Part shown: positions 25,150-36,754 of the stretch, piece after piece | Position numbering within the stretch: the stretch's first letter is position 1 | Layout of the letters: each line of letters begins with the position of its first letter | Assembly (NCBI GenBank): GCA_951406725.2 | Contig: OX597822.1 | Span: 112,220,001-112,284,000 of the forward strand | From: Octopus vulgaris | Lineage: Eukaryota | DNA: 64,000 bases | Direction of reading: 5' to 3' | Notes under the pieces: generated by a model | Seen by the model: only the letters and a program-made list of their open reading frames with translations | Databases searched by the model: none | Told to the model about the DNA's origin: nothing | Position numbers and translations under genes: made by a program

Positions 25150-26161
25150 CTAGGTGCTGGTGTGGCTGTATGGTTATGAAATTCTCTTCCTGGCCATATG
25201 GTTTCAGATTCAGTCCTATAGCATGGTACCTTGGGTGAGTGTCTTCTGCTCTAGTCTCAGGGTTACCAAAGTTTTGTTGGTGAATATGGGAGATGGGACT
25301 AAAAGAAACCCTTTGCTGACCACCAGCGGCCATAATCTTCTTTTGATGCTGTTTCAGTTTGAGAAAATGTTCACCTTGGTCCAGCCACTACATAGAACAT
25401 TGTTCGTTATAAAAATTTTCATTTTCCATCATATCACACACTACAATCAAGAAACAGACTGCATTTGTAAAGAAATGCAGAGCAGACATCATTACATCAT
25501 CATCGTTTAATGTCCGTTCTCCATGCTAGCATGGGTTATTTCCATTCAGGTCATAACTGTGCTTATTTGTTGAGCTTCTTTCACTTTCCAATGTGATGAA
25601 GATGTTGAACAACTGTGGAATGGGTGATGTTTAGTGCTGCAAACTTTTGAGTTGTTTGGTGAAAATCTTCAACAATGGCCTCAGTTGATCCTTGTCAATT
25701 GTAACCTTCCTCATTTTGAAGGTTCTTGTCTCCAAAATTATGGAATCCATGCTGAACTATATATTCACTGATGATCCCTTGACTAAATGCTAGCAGTTTA
25801 CACCAGTTTGCATTCCATTTTAAAGCCATACAATAAAATTGCTTGAATTTTTTTTTTTAGACAGTCTAAGATAAAATAACAACAATAAAGACTAAAAACA
25901 AAAGAGAAACAGCATAAATCGAACTGAAATCTGTGCTTCAGAACTGGTTTCTTACCTGAACATAGTTAAAAGTTTATTTTCTAAAAAGTTTATATCAAAA
26001 TAAATATATAACAAATACACAATTATTTTTGCACCAGCAGTTTATGTTTTGAAAACCCCTCTACTCTGGCTGAACATCAAAGACTGAATTCTTTGTTAGT
26101 CACGAGTATAGGCCTCTTTGTATTCTTACCCTGTATATTGTGTTTTCATTCTCTCTTACAG

Positions 26162-26261
26162 ACATCTATCATAGAATTTTGAGATTCAAAAACTACATGA
26201 TAGCAATGATCAATAAATCACTGTTGCCTCTCAGATTCCGACTTCCGTTTGTTGGAGAGTG
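26162..26261 (+). CDS. ATG9: ATG9 coding exon 6
   Basis: DIYHRILRFKNYMIAMINKSLLPLRFRLPFVGE is near-identical to the ATG9A core motif DIYHRILRFQNYMVALVNKSLLPLRFRLP. Confidence 0.97.
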
Positions 26262-26330
26262 GTAAGTGTCGGCTTTATTACATATGCTTCCGTCTTGTTG
26301 TTAAAAATAATAATAATAATAATAATAATA

Positions 26331-26927
26331 ATATGGAAGGAAAACAACATAAATATAGACTTGGATATAGCAATGAACCCTAACAAACTAGCAAATATAC
26401 GGAGATATATTCTCAACACAAAAAAAATATCAGAAATAGAAATAGAACATCTAAAAGAAAAAATACATCAGGAAAATGTAGATAGAAGCCAGACAACAAT
26501 GCCCAATAATATAAACACTGAAACAGTAAAACACGAAGATAAATGTAACACGACAAACAAACATACAAATAAGAAACAAAACGACACAAATCTAAAACCT
26601 GGAAACAATGAAGGGGAGCCCAATGAATATGATAATATAAAAAGTAGAATAATCAAAGAACTGAAAACCACAGAGCTCAAAATGGACCACCGACCATACC
26701 TCCCAAAAATCAAAATAGACGAAACAACAACACCAATTATAAAACACCAGGACTTACAAACACATATAACATACAGAAAATTACACTACTGGGCACTGCG
26801 CACATCCTACGCAGAACACTTTCCATACAATAACCATCAGAGCATCACAACAAATCACAGCACATACCCAAGGCACACAGAGCTGCGCTCGGTAGTGAAG
26901 TGAAAGCACGCTATTAAAATAAAACTA

Positions 26928-26931
<4 letters not shown>
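26331..26931 (+). mobile_element. Internally deleted R4/Dong-like (restriction-like endonuclease) non-LTR element in a TAA tract
   Basis: The 3' part reads ...NIQKITLLGTAHILRRTLSIQ*, a C-terminal motif typical of this group. It is fused out of frame to an N-terminal K/N/E-rich segment, with (AAT)n on both flanks. Confidence 0.7.
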
Positions 26932-26958
<27 letters not shown>

Positions 26959-27131
26959 TAATTAATAATAATATAATTAATAATAATAATAATATAATTA
27001 ATAATATAATTAATAATAATAATAATATAATTAATAATATAATTAATAATAATAATAATATAATTAATAATATAATTAATAATAATAATAATATAATTAA
27101 TAATATAATTAATAATAATAATAATAATAAT
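26931..27131. repeat. (AAT)n / AATATAATT compound satellite
   Basis: About 200 bp made only of A and T, with recurring aatataatt units. Confidence 0.95.
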
Positions 27132-28137
27132 GGTGAAGATGATGGTTATAGATTTTGGCTCAAGGCCAGCAGTTTTAGAGGAAGAGGGTTAGTGGATTAT
27201 ATTGACCCCAGTACGTGACTGGTACTTTGTGTTATTTACCCCTGAACTATAAAAAGCAAAGTTGACATTGGCATGGTTTGAGCTTAGAACCTAAAGGCTT
27301 GGAACTAGATACCACATAGCTTTTAATTTGTCTCCCATTCTGTCATATCGGTTAATCATTTCTACCAGAAGCACAAGACGAGAAATATGAAGGGAGAGAT
27401 TAGTCAATTAAATTGACTGCAGCATTTGACTGAGGTTTTATTTTATTGATTCCAGAAGGGTAAAAGGTAAGTTTGGCCTTAGTGTGATTTGACCTCAGAA
27501 TCTAAGGAACTAGAGCAAATACTTCAATGCTCTGACACACACTGTCAATCTACTGCCCTTATATTAATAATTCATCATCGTTTAACGTCCGCTTTCCATG
27601 CTAGCATGGGTTGGACGAACGACTGAGGGCTGGTGAACCAGATGGCTGCACCAGGCTCCAATCTTGATCTGGCAGAGTTTCTACAGCTGGATGCCCTTCC
27701 TAACGCCAATCACTCTGAGAGTGTAGTGGGTGCTTTTTACGTGCCACCGGCACGGGGCTGGTCAGGCGGTATTGGCAACGACCTCGCTTGAATCTTTTCC
27801 TATATAAAAACATTCTGTCCTCAGTATCAAGTCCCTTGATAATATACACCCAACTACTATGCGTGTGCAAATGCACGCACACACACATACACATGCACAT
27901 ACACACACACACATTATATGTGAAGCAGTCTTTTATGGATGTAGTCTTGAATGTCAACAAATATTGCAGAAGTACTGTCCAGTTGTGGGGAAAGTTCTCT
28001 ATTGTGAGTTTTATTTGAGTTTCATTAAGAATTAGCAATTGCTAATTAGCAAATTAGCAATAGTCAGGAGCTGAAGCCTTTTTAAAGCTTTGTTTTTGAT
28101 ATTTACATTAACCTAATGTGTCTTTGTTTTGTTTCAG

Positions 28138-28187
28138 TGTATTTTTGAGTACTGCTCTAAAGACAAATATTGAAATCATATTATTCT
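28138..28187 (+). CDS. ATG9: ATG9 coding exon 7
   Basis: (C)VFLSTALKTNIEIILF resembles VFFTRGLKYNFELILF. Splice sites tttcag / gtaagt, phases 2/1. Confidence 0.9.
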
Positions 28188-28629
28188 GTAAGTATTTATG
28201 TATTTCTCTTCAAACAAAATAAATAGTTCTGTGGTAACTTAAGAATTGTTCTGTATACTCTACTATTCTGTGTTTAGCTGTGTTGGGTACAGTTTGACAG
28301 CCAGGCCATATTGAGCCTGTTTTACCATACTATCTATTTGTTTGGAAGCCAGGCTATATTTGTTCCATTTCACTATATTCTCTGTTTTTATATTGGAAAA
28401 TGGTGACTGTTTGGTGACAAGCAATTGGAGATTATTTTGATGGCCATATAATGTCATAATCACTTTGGCTAATTGATTATAAAAATAAACATTCAAAACC
28501 CCCAAAACTCTTACCTCTATGTCACGTGGTTGTTTTTTATTTATTTTTTTTTTTTCCATTTTTTTGCTTTAGAAGGAGTACCAGGGTCAGTTTGATCCCC
28601 TAAACCGCTGCTCTTGCATCATATGATGT

Positions 28630-28930
28630 TCCTTCCTTCTCAAGTCATGCCTGGCTCATAAGGGCCGGTTTTCTGGTTTCCTCGGCGTATAGGTTCCCCA
28701 CTTGGACGGGACGCCGGTCTGTCGCAGGTGAGCTGCAAGATGCAGGAGGAAAGAGTGAGAGAAAGTTATGGCGAAAGAGTCAGCAGAAGTTCGCCATTAC
28801 CTTCTGCTGGAGCCATGTGGAGCTTAGGTGTTTTGCTCATAAACACACACATCGCCCGGTCTGGGATTCGAACCCACGACCCCTTGACCGAGAGTCTGCT
28901 GCTTTAACCACTAGGCCATGTGCCTCCACT
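28630..28930 (-). mobile_element. tRNA-derived SINE, head A + tail Y
   Basis: Head and centre like 14898, tail ...gaccggcgtcccgtcca...gaaaccagaaaaccggccc. TSD atcatatgatgt. Confidence 0.85.
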
Positions 28931-29455
28931 ATCATATGATGTACACTTTGTACAGTGAGAGAATTTCTTTTGGCATCAAGAAAATTGATGATTCTTGAAA
29001 ATTCTTCCATATTCTTTGCAACCTAATTATTTTGCTGCTGCTAGTACTAATTAGATGATTTGTTGGTAAATTAGGTCACTTGCTTGGAAACTAATTAGGT
29101 CATTTACTTGGTAAAACAATTACACTAAATAACATTTAGAGTCCTGTTTACCTCTGTATATATTACTAAATTACTTTGATGCGTTTATAAATTTCAAACT
29201 GTTTTCCAATTAGTAATTTGTATTTTACAGTTTTTCAACCACTAATTACTAGTTTTGAAATTGCACTACCACACTAGTAGGCTTTTATCCACTTGAATCT
29301 ATGCATTGGCTTTGATTTTTCTCTTTGAATGTCACTAAATTCATTGCGAATAACATAAATGTAATTTCACTTCCACTATAAAATGGAAGCCTTATCTTAA
29401 AAATCTTTTAATCCTTTATTAATAGAATACAGAGGTTATTGAGATGATAATAAAT

Positions 29456-29690
29456 GCGCCCTTTTAAAGCCTAGCCAGGCTCATGGGCCCGGTTTCTCGG
29501 TTTCTATGGTGTATATGTTCCCAAGCTGGACGGGACGCCAGTCCATCGCAGCGTTACTCATTTTTGCCAGCTGAGTGGACTGGAGCAATGTGAAATGAAG
29601 TGTTTTGCTCAGGAACACAATGCGTTGCCCGGTCCAGGAATCGAAACCACAATCTTACGATCATAGTGCTGACACCCTAACCAATAAGCC
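29456..29690 (-). mobile_element. tRNA-derived SINE, head B + tail Y
   Basis: Head and centre like 2524, tail like 28630. Confidence 0.85.
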
Positions 29691-29825
29691 AGCAGGATTC
29701 CTTTCTCATGTGGTACAATGCCAAGCCATTGGCAAGTTCTTTATAATTGTTAGACTTTATCTTAATTAAGGATAATACCAATGGTTTAAGTTGAAAATTA
29801 GCATTTTTGTTTTTGAATATTCCAG

Positions 29826-29907
29826 ACAGTCCTTGGGCACCATTTGACCATTGGCATCTTAAAAGTGAATATAAAAATATCCATAAACGAAAAGACTTAG
29901 CCAAAAG
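29826..29907 (+). CDS. ATG9: ATG9 coding exon 8
   Basis: (Y)SPWAPFDHWHLKSEYKNIHKRKDLAK resembles GPGSLFLNEWSLKAEYKRGGQRLELAQ. Splice sites tccag / gtgagt. Confidence 0.92.
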
Positions 29908-30013
29908 GTGAGTAGATAAAAAGATTGTTTCTATTACAGCTCTAAAGACTTTTCTTCTTCATCACCACCACCACCATCATTATTTTACATCTACTTTCTA
30001 TACTGGCATGGTC

Positions 30014-30239
30014 AGCATCAATGCTTCCTGTCAGCTTTGACACATTTCCTGTGTTTTTATGTGTACAAAGGGGAGACAAGCACCACCACCCAGCTAAGCC
30101 TACATCCAGAGACTAGTTTCTGAGTCTTGCTCGTCATCAGTCTGGTGTAGCATGGCCTGCTAGCTGAAGATACTTGTCTCCCCTTTGTAAACATAAGGAC
30201 ACACGAAATGTGTCAAAGCCGACAGGAAGCGTTGATGCT
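30014..30239 (-). mobile_element. 226-bp hairpin element with 67-bp inverted arms enclosing a hammerhead motif (probably Penelope-like-derived)
   Basis: Arms 30014-30080 and 30173-30239 are reverse complements with 6 mismatches. The HHR lies in the 92-bp spacer. Confidence 0.75.
30100..30151 (-). ncRNA. Minimal type I hammerhead ribozyme-like motif
   Basis: Minus strand reads gcuacaccaga-CUGAUGA-cgagcaagacuca-GAAA-cua-GUC/ucuggauguag. Helix I is ccaga:ucugg plus cuaca:uguag, helix II is GAG:CUC, and the helix III region is the palindrome ACUAGU. The helix II base pair is a C-A mismatch. Confidence 0.72.
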
Positions 30240-30437
30240 TCCTAGGGCTAAATAACGGTGGTGTGATTCCCTTTATGGGACTGTCACATTAAGTTGACAA
30301 TATACAACTGCTCTATCGTTCCACCACCGCTCATATCTCTCTGAGATATTTAGAAATTTAATATTTCTAATACAAATTATATGCTATAGATTTGCTGATG
30401 TTAAAAATGTTTTAATGTTGTTTTGATATCTTTTCAG

Positions 30438-30537
30438 ACTCAGTCGTCAGATCTTATGGATGGCCATTGGTAACTTTGTCCTATGTCCAATCATATTTGG
30501 ACTACAGATTATGTACACCTTTTTTAGATACACAGAG
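30438..30537 (+). CDS. ATG9: ATG9 coding exon 9
   Basis: RLSRQILWMAIGNFVLCPIIFGLQIMYTFFRYTE resembles RLSNRILWIGIANFLLCPLILIWQILYAFFSYAE. Donor gttcgt. Confidence 0.95.
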
Positions 30538-31325
30538 GTTCGTTCAATTCATTGCTATTTTATTGTTGTCGTTCTGTTCTCTACGAATCAGTTAAAGTTG
30601 AATCTCGCATCGTAATTATAGATTGTGATGAGATATGATCAAAACTGAAATGAGTGAGACCTTTAGTATATGTCTTGCAAACAACTTGCACATGCAAGTG
30701 CTACCAGTCAAAAACTCCGCATACCGGAAGCCAGCAAGCGTATGGGGTCATCAGGAGAGAATGCACGCTGTTTCGAAGCCTACCTCTCGACGTCATCAAT
30801 GCGCACCGGCCCCCCCTCACTGATATGAGGCCCCGCTTGCTAGATCAAATGGTTACTAAATATAGCTCAATATTCTTCTAGCCATCGCTCATCATCCCTT
30901 TGTAACCAAATCCAGTGGCTAGCCTTTTTCACTGTAGATTGGATATCAGTCATGGTGGTATTGACTTTATGATTAGTTAGCCCTAGCGATAACAACAGTC
31001 ATCTCACACTGTGTCCAATGAACCCTCTACATCCGACATCGATTGGAAAATGTTCTGCTTTCCAGCCTGCCTCTTCACATTCCTCTTTACCAAGTTGCCA
31101 TTACTTCCAGAGTTTATGAACAATATACTAAAAACATGTGATGGTCAATTCATTTATATACACCCCATTAAATTTGACCTGATATCTTAAAATATAGCAT
31201 TAGGGTTAATAATTAAATGCCAACTTTGAATTTACTTGGGGGAGTTTACGATATAAACAAAAGACGAAGACAGATGGTGTACAAAACAAACAGATGTATT
31301 AGTATAATGCTCAGGAATAGAAAAA

Positions 31326-31367
31326 GTCTTTTACGTTTCGAGCCTACGCTCTTCTACAGAAAGGGAC
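31326..31367 (-). ncRNA. Second copy of the same minimal hammerhead-like motif (element about 31256-31480)
   Basis: Minus strand reads cuuu-CUGUAGA-a-GAGC guag GCUC-GAAA-C-GUA/aaag. About 120 bp are shared with 16948-17069. Confidence 0.55.
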
Positions 31368-31913
31368 ACAGAAAAACAAGGAGAGAAAAAATGTGTGTAG
31401 TGGCTAACGATCTATCATGGCAACTGACTTTGGACAGGAGGGTCACACACTAGAAGGAAGAAGTAGGGGAGATAACAATGTCTATCTACCCTTTACAGAT
31501 TCTCGTTTGGATATTTACCCTCCGGCTGCACCTCTCCTACCTACGGATCACTGTGGACTCTACTTTTGAATTTACTTGCTTATTTTATTGAACAGTAAAT
31601 GTGACAGACTAAATATTTGTTGCTCTTTCAATGTTGATAAAACTGAATCAATACAATTAATAAATGAATTAAACAGCATTTTTGATCAACTATGGAATTC
31701 ATTCTTATGGATCCGAACGTTGCCCTTTTATTATATTGCTGTTCATATGGTAGACTGTGGCAGGGTGTATTCCCAAAAGAATGACTTCATGGAATCCCAT
31801 GCTTAAATGGTTCATTTAAAAGAAACACAGTTTTAAGGCTTTAATACACGAGATTTCTTTAGTGAGTTTCCCGAAAGTTAAATCTGTTCTTCATTTTCTG
31901 TTTAAAATTTCAG

Positions 31914-31954
31914 CTGGTGAAGCGGGATCCTGGTCAGTTGGGACTACGAAGATG
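31914..31954 (+). CDS. ATG9: ATG9 coding exon 10
   Basis: LVKRDPGQLGLRRW resembles VLKREPGALGARCW. Splice sites tttcag / gtaaga. Confidence 0.93.
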
Positions 31955-33329
31955 GTAAGAATTGGCATTTATATCTTTTCTGTTTTTCTTAAATTCAATA
32001 TATTCAGCATTTTTAGAAATATGTTAGGCTCTGTGTGTAGTTCATGCTTCAATGTAGCTCAGTAAAGGTGTAGCTAGCAGTCAGAACACTCATGGAATAA
32101 ATGATTTAAATACTCAAAGACTCCCTAAAAGTAGTTGGTAAATTTTCTTATCTAGGTAACTTAATTTGCAGGTGTTTACTAGCACTTGTGCTGGTGGCAC
32201 ATGAAACATTCGAGCGAGGTCGTCGCCATTGCCACTGGACTGGCTCCTGTGCAGGTGGCACATAAAAAGCACTATTTGGGCGTGGCCGTTGCCAGTACCG
32301 CCAGACTGGCCCTCGTGCTGGTGGCATATAAAAGCACCCACTACACTCTCGGAGTGGTTGGTGTTAGGAAGTGCATCCAGCTGTAGAAACTCTGCCAGAT
32401 CAGATTGAAGTCTGGTTCGCCAGACCTCAGTCAAATCGTCCACCCATGCTAGCATGGAAAGCGGACGTTCAAGTGTTCTGAAATCATTGTAGCCAGAGTA
32501 AAAATAGAGTGGAGAAACTTCAAGGAACGATGGCAACATGGGGATTCTCTCTTTGAGTGAAGAGTAGATTGCGTGATAGATGTGTATGTAGTGCAATGCT
32601 GCATGTTGGTGAAACATGGGACTGAATGTAGAGCATGCATGCTCTGCAGGATGTGAAATGTTATTCTGCGTAAATGATAGGACCCAAATGAGCAGAAAGA
32701 AAAACTAGGTGTAAGAAGCATCAGATGCAAAGAGAGAAGACTGAGCTGGTATGGACAATGGGTTTGTGAGAGTGGGAAAGAGCAGTGGGTCACCATTTGG
32801 TCTGGAAATGCTAGGCATTTCAAATAGAAAGAATTTGTGGAAGAGGAACACTGAGACATGGTAGATTGGGAAAAATAGTGAGATGCTGAGAGAAGATCTA
32901 TGCCATTCATACAAGCATGGAGAATAAGAAAAAAATAAAATGGTGTCAATGATGGTACCATCAATTGTCACAAACTGAACTTCCTGACTTACTTCCTGAA
33001 TGAAGATATTTTGGTTCATTATGGAAGAATATCACAAAATTTCAATTCTTCATATTCATCATCGTTTAACGTCCATTTTCCATGCTAGCATGGGTTGGAT
33101 GGTTCAACTGGGGTCTGGGAAGCCAGAAGGCTGTGCCAGGCCCAGTCTGATCTGGCTGTGTTTCTATAGCTGAATGCCCTTCCTAACGCCAACCACTCTG
33201 AGTGTAGTGGGTGCTTTTTACTTCTTGTACTGTGTAAGAAATCAATGACCTTTATTGGACATAATTTGTGAAACACATCAATACTAATGTCATTGTTAAC
33301 TCGTATCTGACTGACTAATTAATCTCTAG

Positions 33330-33920
33330 CAAATGATTGAGCCTCTTCATTGCGATGGGTGCTGGTATCTGAGGTAGCTGTTCAGGCCAAGGGCAGCATA
33401 GAAGGACCAGGTGCATTTATCACAGAAGAAGGTTGGCAGGGGACGAGGAAGTGCGAGCTACTCTTTGTGTCTTCAACATCTGATCTGCATCTTGACAACT
33501 GTTATTTTCCATCTGATCCGTTCCCTTGATAATGACATGCCACCACTTTGGGTGGTCCTTGGTGATTGTCTCCCAGGTATTTGGGTCAGTAGAGCAGTAG
33601 AGGAGAGTGGCCTTGAGCTGATCTTGGAAATGGAATTTAAGGGCTCTGCATGGTCTGGTGCCTGAGGTCAACTCTACAAAGAGGAGTTGACAATGGAGAC
33701 ACATTTAAGGTAACTGTATGGTGTTTCCCAACCAGCGGAGGTGGTATTGTTTCATGGTAGCTTCAATGCTGGGCAGTCCGGCCCAGAGCAGAACCTCTTC
33801 ATTAGTAATATAGTCCTTCCATCAAATCCTCATGAGTGTGTGAAGTTTGTGCTGTTGGAAATGTTCGGTTTTCTTCAAAATACATCAATACAACACCCAG
33901 CACTAAAGTACGTAGACACC
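33330..33920 (-). mobile_element. Decayed RTE-type LINE C-terminus (zinc-knuckle-ending subtype)
   Basis: ELTSGTRPCRALKFHFQDQLKATL...WETITKDHPKW. A better preserved 3' end lies on + at about 38495-38760 (WETLAADRSSW...CPTCGRGFLARIGLTSHL). Confidence 0.7.
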
Positions 33921-34090
33921 TAAACTGCATGTTGAGCTACACTAACATGAGATTGAGTTAAAATATAAGAAACTACTTCATGAGAATTTGAATTGTATGA
34001 TTTATACATAGAAGGTTAGTTATCTGATTTAGAGTTGTTTAATATCCGTTTTAGAATCACTGAATGTGTTCAATTTCCTTTCCTTTGTAG

Positions 34091-34153
34091 GTCTAATTAT
34101 GCTCGGTTGTATTTGCGTCATTTTAATGAATTAGATCATGAATTCCAAGTTCG
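34091..34153 (+). CDS. ATG9: ATG9 coding exon 11
   Basis: SNYARLYLRHFNELDHEFQVR contains the ATG9 signature YLRHFNEL.H. Confidence 0.97.
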
Positions 34154-34851
34154 GTAAGTTCTAAAGATATTTTGTATCTTTCAGTTTGTTTCTGTTTTTA
34201 GCATAAATGTAGTTGGCCATATTTTTGACTTGATTCTGTGTATCTTTTTGACCAGGAAGGACCAATATCACCCATCAATATTGATTTTGTCTATTAAGTC
34301 ATGATCTGAGATATTGGTTTCAAATTTTGGCACAAGGCCAGGAAGTTTGGAGGAGGGGCTAAGTTGTTTACATTGACCCAAGTCCTCAACTGGTTCTTAT
34401 TTTATTGACCTTGAGAGTATGGAAGGCAAAGTTGACCTCAGCAGCATTTAAATGCAAAAAGGCTACTAAGCATTTTTGCCTGGCATGCCAATGATTCTGT
34501 TTGCTCACTGCCTTAACGATCTGAGGATATTAATTATATTAAATGATACAAGGACATATTAAAGCAAGCATTCTTATTGATAACAACTACTGGTGTGGAT
34601 GGCCTTAAACTGTGCCTGACAGAGTTAAGGGAGTGCACTGAGATCAGACTGAAACATATTAACAAATGTCATGGACTTTTGTGTTGTTATTGAGGACTTG
34701 ATCAGCTCCGTGGGTCTGTTCATTCAGAACTGTCAAGAACTGCAAAATGGCAGTGGCAACTATTCTTGCAGTTATCTAATGTTGCAAAACTGGTCATGCT
34801 CATATTGAAAAATTACCAGCTCAAGTTGAAATATAAAATAAATTAAAGTGT

Positions 34852-35170
34852 TATTTCATTTTGGGATTTGGTTTGCAAGATTCTTTATATGAGTTCGTGT
34901 GTTGAAGCATATTCTGTTGTGTCTAGGGAGAGTCATTTTCTTTTTGTGCCTTATAATGTAACACACTCACCGGTAAAATTTCCATTTATTTTATTTTTAT
35001 TTTCCTAAAATTTTCGTTGCGTTTTGCAACCTTTTCAATAACTTTTGAAAAGGTTGCAAGATGCAACGAAAATTTTAGGAAAATAAAAATAAGAAAAAAA
35101 GGGGAAATTTTTCTGGTGAGTGTGTTACATAATAAGGCACAAAAAGAAAATGACACTCCCCAGACACAAT
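34852..35170. mobile_element. Palindromic MITE-like element (intron 11)
   Basis: ttgtgtctagggagagtcattttc...gaaaatgacactccccagacacaa, hairpin centred at about 35040. Same family as 43797. Confidence 0.85.
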
Positions 35171-35253
35171 AAAGTGTTATTTTTTACCTAAAATCTCATT
35201 GAAATATCATAACTCTTGGAGGGTTTTTTAGTTTGTGTTGTTTTCTGCTGCAG

Positions 35254-35328
35254 GTTGAGCCGAGGATATAAGCCTGCTGTTGCTTACATGAGTATCTTCA
35301 CTTCACCCATGTTTGTATTGTTTGCAAA
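35254..35328 (+). CDS. ATG9: ATG9 coding exon 12
   Basis: LSRGYKPAVAYMSIFTSPMFVLFAK resembles LNRGYKPASKYMNCFLSPLLTLLAK. Confidence 0.95.
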
Positions 35329-36271
35329 GTAAGTTAAAATTTTTCTCAATTTTGTAAACTTGTTAGACTAGTTTTTGCTCAGTGAATGTATTTGTGTATG
35401 TATGTATCTCATCATCATCAACATTTAACGTCCATTTTCCATGCGAGCATGGGTTGGACGGTTTTGACTGAGGGCTGGCAACCAGATGGCTGCACCAGGC
35501 TCCAGTCTTGATCTGGCAGAGTTTCTACAGCTGGTTGCCCTTCCTAACGCCAACCACTCGGAGAGTGTAGTGGGTGCTTTTTACGTGCCACCTGCACGGA
35601 GGCCAGTCAGGCGGTACTGGCAATGACCTTGCTCGAATCTTTTTACACGTGCCCACCGGCACAGGTGCCAGTGAAGTGACGTTGGTATCTATCTATCTAT
35701 CTATCTATATATATATATATATATATATATATGGGAATGTATGTCTATGTGTGTGAATCCATAAAACCACCCCCTGCCGGAACCTCATGGAGCTTTTAGG
35801 TGTTTTCGCTCAATAAACACACACAACACTCGGTCTGGGAATCGAAATGCAATCCACTGACCCCGAGTCCGCTGCCCTAACCACTGGGCCATTGTGTCTC
35901 CACATGTATTTATATTTGAGTAACTTTAACATTATAACCATATGTTTGTACTCTGAATTCTCTCTACTGATATCAGTAATCCTTACTGCATGGGTCCTCT
36001 GAGGTTTGTCAATATCCACCAGTTATTAACATAAAACAGCTGTGTGTCTACTGGTATTGTTAGTTTTATGTTTGTTTTTTGTTTTGGTAATGTGGATGGA
36101 ATATATTTTACCAAGTGATGATGATGATGGTAGGGCCATTGCTTCTATAGCTGGATGTTCTTTTCTATTTGCTAACAATTTGATCCTGTTATCAGCTGAA
36201 AAATAAAATCTTCTCTATATCTCTTGTCTCTGTATGATTTTGATTTTTGCTACCATCTTCATATATTTCAG

Positions 36272-36381
36272 GTATGGTTCTCTGTTGTGTGGTGCCTTTT
36301 TTGCGGTTCTCTTTGCTCTTACTCTCTGTGATTCAGATATTTTAGATGTTGAATATGTACTTGGTTTGTTAACGTTTTTTG
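36272..36381 (+). CDS. ATG9: ATG9 coding exon 13
   Basis: YGSLLCGAFFAVLFALTLCDSDILDVEYVLGLLTFF resembles GAFFAGSILAVLIALTIYDEDVLAVEHVL. Confidence 0.94.
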
Positions 36382-36754
36382 GTAAGTATTTTTTTATCAT
36401 CATTAATATCACTGCTACAGAGGTGGCGATCCAGTAGAATCATAAGAGCATTGGATAAAATCATCATCGTTTAGCATTTGTTTTCCATGCTGTTTGGCAG
36501 GAGCTGGTCAGCATGAGAGCTGTTCAGGCTCCGATTGCTTGTTTTGACATGGTTTCTGCAGCTGAATGCCCTTCATAGTTACGGAATGTGCTGGGTGCTT
36601 TTTACATGCTACCAGCATGGAGGTTACTATGTGGCGCTGACATGAGTCCATTTTACATGGGACTGGCATGAGTTCACTTTACTTGGCACCAGCAGGAGTG
36701 CATCTTATGTGGTACAAGTGCATTTCATGTGGCACTGGTATGATGTCATACCAG

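Noticed and set aside
30715-30815. Further hammerhead on the minus strand (ttgatga...gaaac and a separate ctgatga)
   Set aside because: The first lacks C3, a clean helix II and an NUH site. The second has no downstream GAAA. At most a very decayed relic.
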